From a bacterium (GTDB lineage Bacteria > Sysuimicrobiota > Sysuimicrobiia > Sysuimicrobiales > Humicultoraceae): a stretch of 64,000 nucleotides of DNA. Position numbers and translations under genes: made by a program. The notes beneath the pieces are model-generated. The model had not been told where the DNA came from, did no database searches, and saw nothing but the letters and a program-made list of their open reading frames with translations. The stretch lies in the NCBI GenBank assembly GCA_031082185.1, contig JAVHLI010000004.1:11608-75607 (forward strand), in the 5' to 3' direction. The stretch's first letter is position 1, and each line of letters starts with the position of its first letter. Of this stretch, positions 10,193 to 20,609 are shown one piece after another.

Positions 10193-11428
10193 CTACAGCC
10201 TGGCGATCCTGGGCGATGCAATCGCCAGCAGGCCGACCAGGACCACAACCACCGCCCCGCCCAGCGCCAGGGTCAGCGGCACGCCTACCACGCCGGCCAG
10301 GGCGCCCAGCGGCAGCGTGCCCAGTGAAAGCATCCCAAACGTGACCATGCCGTAGAGCCCCATTATCCGCCCACGCTGGTCGGGGGCCACGCTGGTCTGC
10401 AACAGCGTGTTGGCCGCGGCCATTGCCACCGCCTGACTGGTGCCGACCAGCACCAACAGCCCCATTGAGGCGGCGAACCACGGTGAGAGCGCGAACAGCA
10501 CCACGATGGCGCCGGTCGCCATCGCCGCCACCACCAGCAGCTTGCCCTTCTGCGCCGCCTCGCCGATCGCGCCCAGCAGGAACACCGCCAGGATGGTGCC
10601 GACTCCGGGCGCGGCCTGCAGCAGGCCCAGCCCGGAGGGGCCGACGCGCAGCACCTCGCGGGCCAGCGTGGGCATCAGGCGGATGTAGGGACGGCCGAAG
10701 AAGTTGATCGCCGCGACGATCCCCAAGATCGCCATCAGGTGCCGGTGGCGGATGAGCAGCCCGATCCCCTGCCGGATATCCTCCCCCACCGATTCTCGCC
10801 TCCAGGCGTTAGCCGGCAGCACGTCCATCAACCAGAGCGCCGTCAGCACGGCGATGTAGCTTGCGGCGTTGGCGAAGAAGCAGCCCGCGACGCCGACCGT
10901 GGCGATCAGCACCCCGGCCAGCGACGGGCCGAAGATGCCGGAGCCGTTGAACGCCATCGTGTTCAAGCTGACCGCCTGCATCAACTGGCGCTCTCCCACC
11001 AGGGACGGTACCAGCGACTGCCTGGCCGGCATATCGAAGGAGTTGGCGAGTGAGTTGAAGGCGCCGATCGCCAGGATCTGCCACACCTGGATGCGCCCCG
11101 AGATCGTCAGCAACCCCAGCAGGGCCGCGGAGATCATCGTGGCGGCGTTCGTCCACAGCAGTATTCGGCGGCGGTCGAAACGATCGGCCGCCACGCCGCC
11201 CAGGAAGGCGAAGAGCAGCCGCGGAACGGCCTGGCTCAGCCCCAGCAGGCCGAGATAGATGGGGTCCTTCGTGATCTGGTCAACCAGATAGCCGAGCGCG
11301 GTGAACTGCATCCACGACCCGGTGTTGGAGACGAGCAGACCGGTCCAGAGCAACCGGAAGTTGCGCTGGCGAAGCGGCGCAAAGACCTCGCGTCTTCCTG
11401 CGGGCCGCACGGCCGCGGAGTCAGACAA
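10193..11428 (-). CDS. MFS transporter
   Basis: About 12 hydrophobic segments; GGVAADRFDRRR motif A; FDMPARQSLVP. Confidence 0.9.
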   Translation of the reverse strand: MSDSAAVRPAGRREVFAPLRQRNFRLLWTGLLVSNTGSWMQFTALGYLVDQITKDPIYLGLLGLSQAVPRLLFAFLGGVAADRFDRRRILLWTNAATMISAALLGLLTISGRIQVWQILAIGAFNSLANSFDMPARQSLVPSLVGERQLMQAVSLNTMAFNGSGIFGPSLAGVLIATVGVAGCFFANAASYIAVLTALWLMDVLPANAWRRESVGEDIRQGIGLLIRHRHLMAILGIVAAINFFGRPYIRLMPTLAREVLRVGPSGLGLLQAAPGVGTILAVFLLGAIGEAAQKGKLLVVAAMATGAIVVLFALSPWFAASMGLLVLVGTSQAVAMAAANTLLQTSVAPDQRGRIMGLYGMVTFGMLSLGTLPLGALAGVVGVPLTLALGGAVVVVLVGLLAIASPRIARL

Positions 11429-11455
11429 CGCGATGGCCCGCCTTGCGGGGCGAGT

Positions 11456-12033
<578 letters not shown>

Positions 12034-12037
<4 letters not shown>

Positions 12038-12675
12038 CCCTCACTCCCCTTCGCCGCGCCCTGACCGACGGCACCCTGGCCGACGGCACCCTGACCCGCT
12101 CCATCTGCCGAGCGCTTCGGGTTACAGAGGCGCATGGCCGCATCCACGCCCTCGACCGCCCACAGTCTCACGCCCTCAGCAGCGAGGGCGACTGCCTCGT
12201 CAATCAGGACGCGCTCGTCTGCACCAGGCCGCTGAAGCACGAACTCCGCCGGATCCTGACCCGCCGGAGGCCGGCCGATGCCCACACGCACGCGGGCGAA
12301 AGCCGTAGTACCCAGGGCTTCGATGATCGAGCGGAGGCCGTTGTGTCCCCCGTGGCTTCCCTTCTCCCGTACCCGCACGGCGCCGACCGGAAGATCGAGG
12401 TCGTCCACGATCACCATCAGGTGCTCCACCGGCACGCGGTGGCGCCGTCGAAGGTCGGCGACGGCCGTACCGCTCACGTTCACGTAGGTCTCCGGCCGGG
12501 CGAGCATCACGCGCCGGCCGCCAATCGTGCCTCGCCCCACCAGCGCCCATCCGTCCTCGGTCGCAATGGAGATGCCGTGGGCGCCGGCGAGCGCCTCCAG
12601 TACTTCCCACCCGGTGTTGTGCCGGGTGCGGCGGTACCGGCGTCCAGGATTGCCCACTCCCACGATCAGTCGCAT
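12034..12675 (-). CDS. pth: Peptidyl-tRNA hydrolase
   Basis: GVGNPG..Y..TRHNTG, DDLDLP, GGHNGLRSI and RVRVGIGRP motifs; downstream of rplY. Confidence 0.95.
12060..12097 (-). repeat. 15-nt tandem repeat encoding (GQGAV)n tail of Pth
   Basis: ccctgaccgacggca / ccctggccgacggca / ccctgacc. Confidence 0.75.
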
Positions 12676-12701
12676 ATGACCTCTCGCATCTGATATGCAA
12701 A

Positions 12702-12725
12702 CAGGGGCGCCGGGTGGCGCCCCTG
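12702..12725 (-). terminator. Hairpin after rplY (weak intrinsic terminator or stabiliser)
   Basis: 10-bp stem caggggcgcc/ggcgcccctg followed by TTT on the minus strand. Confidence 0.55.
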
Positions 12726-12765
12726 CTCAAACTCTGGGGCCAACTCGCCCTGGGCGTCGCGCCGC

Positions 12766-13419
12766 CTACTCCTTCTCGGGAACCGCCTCAGGAACCACAG
12801 CAGCAGGCGCGCCCTCCACTGCGACCGCTGCCACCGGCGCCGCTTCCTCCTGCACGCGGGGTGCGACTATCGTGACGATGACCTCGTCGGGCAGAGTGAG
12901 TAGCGTCACGCCCCCCGGAATCACCAGGTCACTGGCGTGCAGCGAATGCCCTACACCCAGTTCGGTAATGTCCAGATCGAACTGCTCGGGGATGAGCGTC
13001 GGCATGCACTCGACGAGCACGTCCCGGAGGTGGTGCTCCACTATCCCGCCCTCGGCGACACCCTTTGAGGCGCCCCGCAGCATGACCCGCACACGTGTCT
13101 CGATCATCTCGGTGAGAGAGATCGCGAGGAAGTCCACGTGAATGATGTGCTGCTTGAAGACGTCGCGCTGGATCTCCTTGACCATGACCGTTGCCGGCTC
13201 GGCGCCGCCGCCCCCTGTCATGTCGAGATCTATCAGCACGTTGCGCCCGGCGTGGGTCTGCAGCGCCGACGAAATCGCCTTCCCATCCACGGCAACCGGC
13301 ATCGGCTTGCGGCCGCGGCCGTAGACCACGGCCGGGACGAGCCCCTTGCGTCGCAGGCTTCTCGCCACGCCCTTGCCAACACCATCGCGAACCTGTGCAG
13401 ACAGCGCCAACCGCTCCAT
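12766..13419 (-). CDS. rplY: 50S ribosomal protein L25/Ctc
   Basis: GKGVARSLRRKGLVPAVVYG, KEIQRD and HVDF motifs plus C-terminal Ctc domain. Confidence 0.95.
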   Translation of the reverse strand: MERLALSAQVRDGVGKGVARSLRRKGLVPAVVYGRGRKPMPVAVDGKAISSALQTHAGRNVLIDLDMTGGGGAEPATVMVKEIQRDVFKQHIIHVDFLAISLTEMIETRVRVMLRGASKGVAEGGIVEHHLRDVLVECMPTLIPEQFDLDITELGVGHSLHASDLVIPGGVTLLTLPDEVIVTIVAPRVQEEAAPVAAVAVEGAPAAVVPEAVPEKE

Positions 13420-13475
13420 ACGGGAATCCCTCCAACACACAACAGGCCCCAACCGCCGGGGCCCGAACACCGCCT

Positions 13476-13484
13476 ATTATAACA
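13476..13484 (-). promoter_or_regulatory. Extended -10 promoter of rplY-pth
   Basis: TG-T-TATAAT, perfect consensus, 56 nt upstream of the ATG. Confidence 0.7.
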
Positions 13485-13521
13485 CGCGGGGCCCCTGCCG
13501 CAACCGTCCGGTAACTGACTG

Positions 13522-13530
13522 TGGTATCCT
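13522..13530 (+). promoter_or_regulatory. Extended -10 promoter of the MBL-XPB-DUF790-rbsK run
   Basis: TG-G-TATCCT 10 nt before ATG 13541; no SD sequence. Confidence 0.55.
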
Positions 13531-13540
13531 GATTCAAACC

Positions 13541-14455
13541 ATGCCCGCCATCGAACACCTCGCCGACGACCTGGTCCTGATCGACACCGGCTACTGCCGT
13601 ACTCCCGCAGCGATCGGCGTCTACCTGCTGCTGGGCGAGCGACCGGCCCTGGTCGAGACCGGGCCCGCCTCGACGGTCGAGGCGGTGCTGGAAGGGGTGC
13701 GGGCCGCCGGGCTCGACCCGAGCGACCTGCGGGCGGTCGCGGTCACGCACATCCACCTGGACCACGCGGGCGCGGCAGGGGCGCTGTTACGGCGACTGCC
13801 CCATCTGGACGTGTACGTGCACCCCATCGGCGCGCCGCACCTGGTGGATCCCTCGCGCCTGATCACCAGCGCCCGCCGGCTCTACGGGGATGATCTCGAC
13901 ACGCTCCTGGGCGAACCCGAGCCGGTCCCCGCCGATCGGGTACAGCTCCTTGAGGACGGGGCCCAGATCATGCTTGGATCACGGCGGCTGCGGTCTCTCG
14001 ATACGCCCGGACACGCCCGGCACCACCTGGCGCTCCTGGACGAGTCCTCGGGCGACCTCTTCACCGGAGACGCGGCAGGCATCTGCCTGACGGGATCGCG
14101 CTACGTGCTCCCGCCCACGCCGCCGCCGGAGCTGGACGTACCGACCTGGAACGCGACCCTCGCCCGGCTGCGCGCGCTGCGGCCGCGGCGCCTGCTGCTC
14201 ACGCACTTCGGACCGCATACCTGGTGCGATGAGTTGCTGGCCCAGATGCAGGCGCGCCTTCCCGCTGCTGTGGAGCTCGTGCGTTCGGCGCTGGACTCCG
14301 GCCTGGGCGAGGAGGCGATCGTAGAGCGGCTGCGGGCTACGGGCGCCGGCGCGGCCGCAGCGGACGGACCGAATGCGGCGGGCCGTATGGAAGTCGTCAT
14401 GCCTTCGCGGTTGAACGCGTTAGGGCTGATCCGGTACATCAAGACGGCAGCCTGA
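13541..14455 (+). CDS. MBL-fold metallo-hydrolase
   Basis: THIHLDHAG, TPGHARHH, FTGD and LTHFG motifs. Confidence 0.92.
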   Translation: MPAIEHLADDLVLIDTGYCRTPAAIGVYLLLGERPALVETGPASTVEAVLEGVRAAGLDPSDLRAVAVTHIHLDHAGAAGALLRRLPHLDVYVHPIGAPHLVDPSRLITSARRLYGDDLDTLLGEPEPVPADRVQLLEDGAQIMLGSRRLRSLDTPGHARHHLALLDESSGDLFTGDAAGICLTGSRYVLPPTPPPELDVPTWNATLARLRALRPRRLLLTHFGPHTWCDELLAQMQARLPAAVELVRSALDSGLGEEAIVERLRATGAGAAAADGPNAAGRMEVVMPSRLNALGLIRYIKTAA

Positions 14456-15933
14456 TGGCGAACCGCGCGGGCCGGCTCCGGTTCGACCGCGGCTCCCTCC
14501 GCCTCGACCTCCCCAAGGCCACCCGGGTGCCGCCCTACCTGATCTGGGACCGGCGCGTGCAGGCGTGGCGCACCGAGGCGGTGCACTACCTGCAGGTTCG
14601 GGAGGACGCGCCGGCCTACCACCTGGACCTATCCGACGAGGCGCCGCGGTTCTTCGACTGCCCGCCGCTGATCCCATCGCTTCCGGCGCTACGGCCCGAC
14701 CAGCAGGCCGCGGTGGAGGCATGGGAGCAAGCTGGAGGCCGGGGGGTCGTGGTCAAGCCCACGGGTACGGGCAAGACCGAGATCGCGCTGGCCCTGATCA
14801 CCCGCCACCGCGTCTCGGCGTTGATCGTCGTGCCGCTGCGCGACCTGATGTACCAGTGGCAGCGCCGGATCAAGCAGGGGTTGGGCTTCGACGCTGGGGT
14901 CCTGGGCGACGGGCGTCACGAGGTTTGGCCGATCACGGTCACCACCTACGACAGCGCCTACATCCACATGAAGGAGATCGGCAACCGGTACCGTCTCATA
15001 GTCTACGACGAGGCGCACCACCTCCCGGGGGTCACCTTCCGCGAGAGCGCGCTGGACTGCCTGGCGCCGATGCGGCTGGGGCTCACCGCTACCCCCCGCC
15101 GTGCCGACGGCCTGGACCGGTTGCTCGACGAGCTGATCGGCCCGATCGTGTACGAAGAACAGATCGCCGACGCAAGGGGGAAGACCCTGGCCGGCTACAG
15201 CATCATCCGCGTGCCGATCGCCCTGACCGAGGACGAGCAGGCCGAGTTCGACGGGCTCTCGCGGCGGATCCGCGCGTACGTCGCCCGCGGCCGTCGGGAA
15301 GGCGCTGCAGGCAGGGCAGCGCGGGACGGGGGCGCCGGAGGCGGGGCTGCGGGCGAGCGAGCCCCGGCGTTCGACTGGACGCATGACCTGGCCAGGCGGT
15401 CGCGCACCGATCCCGAGGCCAAGGCGATCCTGCGCGCCTACCGGAGGAAGTTGACGCTCATCCATCGCTCCGCCGAGAAGTTGCGCGTGGTCGAAGACGT
15501 CCTGCGCCTGCACCCTGCGGATCAGTGCGTGATCTTCACCGCCTCCAACCGAATGGCCCTGGACGTCTCGGCGCGCTTCCTCATCCCGGCGCTCACCGCC
15601 CACTCGGACAAGAAGGAACGGAACGCCGTGCTCGACGCGTTCGCTCGGGGCACGCTGCGTGCGCTCGTCGCCTGTGAGGTCCTCAACGAGGGATGGGACG
15701 CGCCCGCGGTGAAGGTCGGCGTGGTGCTCGGGGGCGAGAAGGGCGCCAAGGAGGCCGTGCAGCGCCTGGGGCGGCTGCTGCGCAGGTCGGGCGACCGCTC
15801 CGCGCGCCTCTACGAGGTCGTGGTGCAGGAGAGCCCCGAGATCACCAGGGCACGGCGCCGGAGCCGGACGGATGCTTACCAAACAGCAACGCGTCTATCG
15901 GTGGATCAGGCCCGGCAGCTCGATCTCTTCTGA
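14455..15933 (+). CDS. XPB/Rad25-like SF2 DNA helicase
   Basis: LRPDQ (Q motif), PTGTGKT, DEAHH, LGLTATP, VLNEGWD and QRLGRLLR motifs; N-terminal WDRRVQAWR segment. Confidence 0.88.
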   Translation: MANRAGRLRFDRGSLRLDLPKATRVPPYLIWDRRVQAWRTEAVHYLQVREDAPAYHLDLSDEAPRFFDCPPLIPSLPALRPDQQAAVEAWEQAGGRGVVVKPTGTGKTEIALALITRHRVSALIVVPLRDLMYQWQRRIKQGLGFDAGVLGDGRHEVWPITVTTYDSAYIHMKEIGNRYRLIVYDEAHHLPGVTFRESALDCLAPMRLGLTATPRRADGLDRLLDELIGPIVYEEQIADARGKTLAGYSIIRVPIALTEDEQAEFDGLSRRIRAYVARGRREGAAGRAARDGGAGGGAAGERAPAFDWTHDLARRSRTDPEAKAILRAYRRKLTLIHRSAEKLRVVEDVLRLHPADQCVIFTASNRMALDVSARFLIPALTAHSDKKERNAVLDAFARGTLRALVACEVLNEGWDAPAVKVGVVLGGEKGAKEAVQRLGRLLRRSGDRSARLYEVVVQESPEITRARRRSRTDAYQTATRLSVDQARQLDLF

Positions 15934-17062
15934 TCGGCTGGACGACGAGGACCTGCCGCATCTGGCGCGGGCCATCGCCGTCTACCGGCGGTTGGTCGGC
16001 GGCCGGCGGGGACGCGTGCGGGATGCGGCGCGGGGCGCGCTCGGCGGGATCCAGCCTGATCGGGTCGAGGGGATCATCAAGCTCCTGGACGATGTGGCCA
16101 CCTACGAGTGGCCCCGCGGCTCGCGGCAGGCCGAAGTGCGGGTGCGGGTGTTCGAGACGGCGGCCCGGAATCACCCGGTACTCGAACGCGACCATGCCCG
16201 GGACCTGCTGGCGGCAGGGCTCAACCCGGCGCCCCACCGCCCCGAGGATGCCGTGCCCCTCCTCTACGCCGACTACCCGGAGTTCCACCGGATGAGCGCC
16301 TTCCCCCTCGACTACGCCGCCGGCGACCTCCGTGCCGACTACGATCTCGCCCAGGCCCAGGCGCTGCTCTACGACGCGGTCCGGATCACGGTTGAAGCCC
16401 GGCGCGACTTCAGGCACATCGTCCAGTACGCGCGTCTCTCGCGCCTGCTGCACCGGGGCGAGCGGGTGCGCGGCGGAGCATACCGGTTGGTCTTCGACGG
16501 ACCCAACTCGATCCTCCGGTACACCCACGCCTACGGGGTTGACTTCGCGAAGTTCCTGGCAGCGCTCGTCCAGGCCCGAGGCTGGACCCTGACCGCCGAG
16601 GTCGTGATGCGCAAGGGGTGGCGGCCGGTTCTGTTCGCGCTCTCGGACGCCGACGGCCTGCGCTCGCGGGTGCCTGTCCCGGCGCTGTTCGACTCGCGCC
16701 TGGAGGAGACTTTCGCGCGCAAGTTCGGTCCCGAGCGCGACGGCTGGCGACTCGGCCGGGAAGCGCTCATCCTCGAGGCGGGCGAGGCGCTGGTGGTGCC
16801 GGACTTCGTCTTCACCCACGAGGATGGAACCGAGGTGGCCTTGGAGATCGTCGGGTACTGGACCCCACAGTACCTCAAGACGAAGCTCGATAAGCTCGCC
16901 GCGGTGCGGGGGCCGAACCTGATCGTAGCCGTCCGGAAGGCGATGGCCGTGGCGGCTGGGAGTCTTCCGGCGACGGTGTTGCCGTTCTCGAGCGGGATCC
17001 TGCTGCGGGACCTCATGCCCCGGCTGGAGGCGTTCCGGCCAACCCGAAGGAGGGGTGGATGA
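15872..17062 (+). CDS. DUF790 family (Bax1-like) endonuclease
   Basis: YDLAQAQALLY, DGPNS...YG..FAKFL, FDSRLEETF and PDF...LEIVGYWTPQYL motifs. Confidence 0.88.
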   Translation: MLTKQQRVYRWIRPGSSISSDRLDDEDLPHLARAIAVYRRLVGGRRGRVRDAARGALGGIQPDRVEGIIKLLDDVATYEWPRGSRQAEVRVRVFETAARNHPVLERDHARDLLAAGLNPAPHRPEDAVPLLYADYPEFHRMSAFPLDYAAGDLRADYDLAQAQALLYDAVRITVEARRDFRHIVQYARLSRLLHRGERVRGGAYRLVFDGPNSILRYTHAYGVDFAKFLAALVQARGWTLTAEVVMRKGWRPVLFALSDADGLRSRVPVPALFDSRLEETFARKFGPERDGWRLGREALILEAGEALVVPDFVFTHEDGTEVALEIVGYWTPQYLKTKLDKLAAVRGPNLIVAVRKAMAVAAGSLPATVLPFSSGILLRDLMPRLEAFRPTRRRGG

Positions 17063-18006
17063 CCGTGGCACCACGGGTCACCGTCGTGGGCAGCCTCAAC
17101 ACCGACCTTGTGGTCAGGGCGCCGAAGCTGCCCGAGCGCGGCGAGACGGTGATGGACGGCTCGTTCGCCGTCTTCTCGGGAGGCAAGGGTGCCAACCAGG
17201 CCGTGGCCGCAGCCAGGCTGGGAGCGAGCGTGGTAATGGTCGGCCGCGTTGGGGACGACCCCTTCGGCGCGCAGATGCGTGCCGGCCTGGAGCAGGAAGG
17301 CATTGATGCTGCGCACGTGCGCGCAACCAAGGGCACCGCATCGGGTGTCGCGCTCATCACAGTAGATCTCGCCGGTCACAACACCATCGTCGTGGCCTCA
17401 GGGGCCAACATGCGCCTGACGATCGCGGACGTGGATGCCGCTGCTGAGGTAATCGCAGAGAGCCAGGTCCTGCTGCTGCAGTTCGAGGTGCCGACGGAGG
17501 TGGTGGCACACGCTGCGGCCCTGGCAAAGCGCAGCGGCTGCCGTGTCGTGCTGGACCCGGCGCCCGCACCGGCGGACGGGTCGCTGCCCGAAGGCCTGTA
17601 CCGGAGTCTTTTCGTAATAAACCCCAACGAGGTTGAAGCCCGGGCGCTCACCGGAATCGCGGTGGCCAACGATCAGGGCGCGGCCGCTGCTGCAGACCGC
17701 CTCTTGGAGCTAGGATGCCAGGCAGCGGTCATCAAGCGCGGCGTGCAGGGTGCCTTCTTGGCGGTGGACGCGACGCGTGAAGCAGTACCGGGGATTCCAG
17801 TCAAGGCCGTGGACTCAACCGCCGCGGGTGATGCGTTCGCCGGAGCGCTGGCGGTGGCGCTGGCCGAAGGCAGGAGCCTAGCCGAGGCGGTCCGGTTCGC
17901 GAACGCCGCAGGCGCGATGTCGGTGACCCGGATGGGTGCGCAGCCCTCGATGCCACGGCGGGAGGAGTTGTTGGAGTTCGCCCGGTCACGCGGGCTTGGG
18001 CTCTGA
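17059..18006 (+). CDS. rbsK: Ribokinase (PfkB family)
   Basis: GSLNTDLV, GGKGANQAVAAARLG, PNEVEA, DSTAAGDAF and GAQPSMP motifs. Confidence 0.92.
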   Translation: MTVAPRVTVVGSLNTDLVVRAPKLPERGETVMDGSFAVFSGGKGANQAVAAARLGASVVMVGRVGDDPFGAQMRAGLEQEGIDAAHVRATKGTASGVALITVDLAGHNTIVVASGANMRLTIADVDAAAEVIAESQVLLLQFEVPTEVVAHAAALAKRSGCRVVLDPAPAPADGSLPEGLYRSLFVINPNEVEARALTGIAVANDQGAAAAADRLLELGCQAAVIKRGVQGAFLAVDATREAVPGIPVKAVDSTAAGDAFAGALAVALAEGRSLAEAVRFANAAGAMSVTRMGAQPSMPRREELLEFARSRGLGL

Positions 18007-18504
18007 GCCGCCCCCGGCCGCGTGCGCGCGCCGGGCCTCGCTGACCATCCGCCGCGCGTCCTCTGCCCCGGCCCAGCCGTGGATCTCCACCGGCTTCTGC
18101 TCGAGCGTCTTGTAGACCGTAAAGAAGTGCTGCACCTCCTTGAGGAAGTGCGGTGGCACGTGCTCCAGTTCGGTCACGCCGTCGAAGCGCGGATCGCCCA
18201 CGGGCACGGCCAGCACCTTCTGGTCGTGCCCCTTCTCGTCGTGCATGTCCAGCACGCCGATGGGGCGCACCTCCACCAGGCAGCCAGGGAACGTGGGCTC
18301 GTAGGTGAAGATCAGCACGTCCAGGTGGTCGCCGTCGTCGGCCAGGGTGTCTGTGATGAACCCGTAGTCGGCCGGGTAGTGCAGCGGCGAGTAGAGCACC
18401 CGGTCGAGCCGGATCCCGCCGCGGATAGGGTCCAGTTCGTACTTGTTTCGGCTGCCCCGCGGCACCTCGACGAAGGCCAGCACGGTCACAGCCCGTTCGG
18501 TCAT
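17986..18504 (-). CDS. ppa: Family I inorganic pyrophosphatase
   Basis: EVPRGSRNKYE, YPADYGF, DDGDHLD, DEKGHDQK and HFFTVYK motifs; GGAGGGAG RBS. Confidence 0.93.
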   Translation of the reverse strand: MTERAVTVLAFVEVPRGSRNKYELDPIRGGIRLDRVLYSPLHYPADYGFITDTLADDGDHLDVLIFTYEPTFPGCLVEVRPIGVLDMHDEKGHDQKVLAVPVGDPRFDGVTELEHVPPHFLKEVQHFFTVYKTLEQKPVEIHGWAGAEDARRMVSEARRAHAAGGGSEPKPA

Positions 18505-18935
18505 CCCCATCTCCCTCCGTCGGGCCCGGTCGCCCCCGCGTCGCGATCCGTCAGGTCCCGGACCAGCGCGCGGATGCGGCCGGCCAGGTCGTCGCGGACC
18601 GTGCGGTAGAACGTGAGATCGCGGCCGGCCGGATTCGGCAGCGGCCAGTGCAGGCTTCGCGCGCCCGGCACCAACGGGCACGCCTCCTCGGCGCACAGGC
18701 CCACCACCAGTTCGACGTCGGGCCCCAGGGCCGCCTGCAGCGGCTTGGGCATGTGGTCGCTGATGTCCACGCCGATCTCGCGCATGACCGTCACGGCCTC
18801 CTCGCGCACGCGCTCCCCGGGGTCCGTGCCCGCGGACCCGGCCCGCCAACCCGCCGGCGTCAGGGCGTTGAACAACCCCTCCGCCATCTGCGAGCGGGCG
18901 GAGTTGTGCACTCAGAGAAACAGGACGCGTGGCAT
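18501..18935 (-). CDS. arsC: Thioredoxin-coupled (LMW-PTP fold) arsenate reductase, probable selenoprotein (Sec8)
   Basis: GAGGAGG RBS, then ATG CCA CGC GTC CTG TTT CTC TGA GTG CAC AAC TCC GCC CGC TCG CAG ATG GCG = MPRVLFL-U-VHNSARSQMA. TGA occupies the catalytic Cys position of the CX5R loop. SAGT, LCAEEACP and HWPLPNP are also present. Confidence 0.88.
18869..18910 (-). promoter_or_regulatory. Putative bacterial SECIS hairpin
   Basis: Directly 3' of the UGA: UGCACAAC-UCCGCC...GGCGGA-GGG-GUUGUUCA forms a long bulged stem. Confidence 0.6.
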
Positions 18936-19036
18936 GACACCCTCCTCACCGCCCCGGAGCAGTCCTGGCCCACCGTGGGCGCCGCCAGGCCCGCGACCAC
19001 GCCCGCGGCCGCCTGTACCGTGTTGGCGGGGCCGCA

Positions 19037-19693
19037 TCACACGTTCAGCTCCCGCAGCTCGCCGGTCACCATGTAGATGACCCGCTCACCGATGTTGGTG
19101 ATATGGTCGGCGGCGCGCTCCAGGTTCTGCGCCACCAGCAGCAGCTCCAGCGCCCGCGGGATGGTCCGGGGATCGCTGAGCATGTACGTCAGCAGCTCTC
19201 TGAAGACCTGGCTGCGCAGGGCGTCCACCTCGTCATCTCGCTTCGCCATGGCCTCGGCCAGGGCCGTATCTCTTCGCAGGTACGCGTCCATGGCCTCTCG
19301 GAGCATCTGCTGCACGAGTTCCTCCATGCGCGGGATGTCAATGAGCGGTTTGAGGTGCGGCTGGCCGGCCAGCCGCTTCACCGACTTGGAGATGCCCTCG
19401 GCGTGGTCGGCCAGCCGCTCCAGGTCGATGGTAATGACGAAGGCGGCCGCGATGGTCCGCAGGTCTGACGCCATGGGCTGCTGCCGGGCCAACAGGCGCA
19501 TGCAGCGGTCCTCCAGCTCCAGGTGCAGCGCGTCGATCCGGTCGTCATCCCGGACGATCCGCTCGGCCCAGTCGGCGTCCAGCGTCCGCAGCGCCTCCAC
19601 CGACGCGTGGATCGCCTCCCCAGCCATCGTCGCCATGCGGACGACGTCGGCCTGGAGCCCCTCCAACTCCCTCAGGAACAGCTCGCGAGTCAA
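19037..19693 (-). CDS. phoU: Phosphate signalling complex protein PhoU
   Basis: RQQPMASDLR, DLERLADHA, DDEVD and LERAADHITNIGERVIY motifs. Confidence 0.95.
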   Translation of the reverse strand: MTRELFLRELEGLQADVVRMATMAGEAIHASVEALRTLDADWAERIVRDDDRIDALHLELEDRCMRLLARQQPMASDLRTIAAAFVITIDLERLADHAEGISKSVKRLAGQPHLKPLIDIPRMEELVQQMLREAMDAYLRRDTALAEAMAKRDDEVDALRSQVFRELLTYMLSDPRTIPRALELLLVAQNLERAADHITNIGERVIYMVTGELRELNV

Positions 19694-19759
19694 CCTCGGC
19701 TCCCTCCCCCCGATGTTCTGGCCACGCCTGGGAACTCCTGGCAGGGTGCCGGCCCGGGC

Positions 19760-20593
19760 TCACCCGAACCGGCCGGTAATGTAGTCCTCGGTCCGGCGAT
19801 CACCAGGCCGCGTGAAGATCTGGTCCGTGGCACCAACCTCGACCAGCTCGCCGTCCAACAGGAACCCGGTCACATCCGAGACCCGGGCGGCCTGCTGCAT
19901 GTTGTGGGTCACGATGACAATGGTGAGCTGCCGGGCCAGCTCGCGGGCCAGCTCCTCGATGCGCAGCGTGGCTGCCGGGTCCAGGGCCGAGGCCGGCTCG
20001 TCCATCAGCAGTACCTCTGGCGAGACGGCGAGCGCGCGGGCGATGCACAGCCGCTGCTGCTGGCCGCCCGAGAGGCTGGTGCCGGGCCGCCCCAGGCGGT
20101 CCTTCACCTCATCCCACAAGGCCGCGGCGCGCAGGCTGCGCTCCACTGTCTCGTCCAGCACACGCCGGTCCCGCTCGCCGGCCAGCCGCAGCCCGGCCGC
20201 GGCGTTGTCGTAGATGCTCATGGTGGGGAAGGGGTTGGGCTTCTGGAACACCATGCCGACGCGGCGGCGGACCCGGACCGGGTCGACGCCCGGCGCGTAG
20301 ATATCGACGCCGTCCATCAGTACCCTCCCGCTGGAGCGCGCGCCGGGCACCAGCTCGTGCATGCGGTTCAGGCAGCGCAGGAAGGTGGACTTACCGCATC
20401 CCGACGGCCCGATGATGGCCGTCACCCGGCGAGGGGCGATGGTCAGGGAGACGCCACGCAGAACGTGGTGGCGGTCGAACCAGGCGTGGACGCCCTGTGC
20501 CTCGATCCCGGCGGCGTGGTCGATCAAGATCCCGGCGTCCGCCGTCACGGCGACCCCGGCCTGCATGGCGTCTGGCATCGGACCCTCCATCAT
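19760..20593 (-). CDS. pstB: Phosphate ABC transporter ATPase (start uncertain among several Met codons)
   Basis: [42 protein letters not shown] and YITGRFG motifs. Confidence 0.95.
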   Translation of the reverse strand: MMEGPMPDAMQAGVAVTADAGILIDHAAGIEAQGVHAWFDRHHVLRGVSLTIAPRRVTAIIGPSGCGKSTFLRCLNRMHELVPGARSSGRVLMDGVDIYAPGVDPVRVRRRVGMVFQKPNPFPTMSIYDNAAAGLRLAGERDRRVLDETVERSLRAAALWDEVKDRLGRPGTSLSGGQQQRLCIARALAVSPEVLLMDEPASALDPAATLRIEELARELARQLTIVIVTHNMQQAARVSDVTGFLLDGELVEVGATDQIFTRPGDRRTEDYITGRFG

Positions 20594-20609
20594 CGCAGCA
20601 TTCGCTCCG

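Noticed and set aside
18501..18935. arsC as a pseudogene or as a 136-aa ORF starting at GTG 18911
   Set aside because: The stop falls exactly on the catalytic Cys, the RBS and downstream frame are intact and a hairpin follows, so Sec recoding is the more parsimonious reading.
18936..19037. In-frame ATG overlapping the phoU stop, giving a 34-aa Gly/Arg-rich extension of ArsC
   Set aside because: Low-complexity sequence, and a strong GAGGAGG sits before ATG 18935; not fully excluded.
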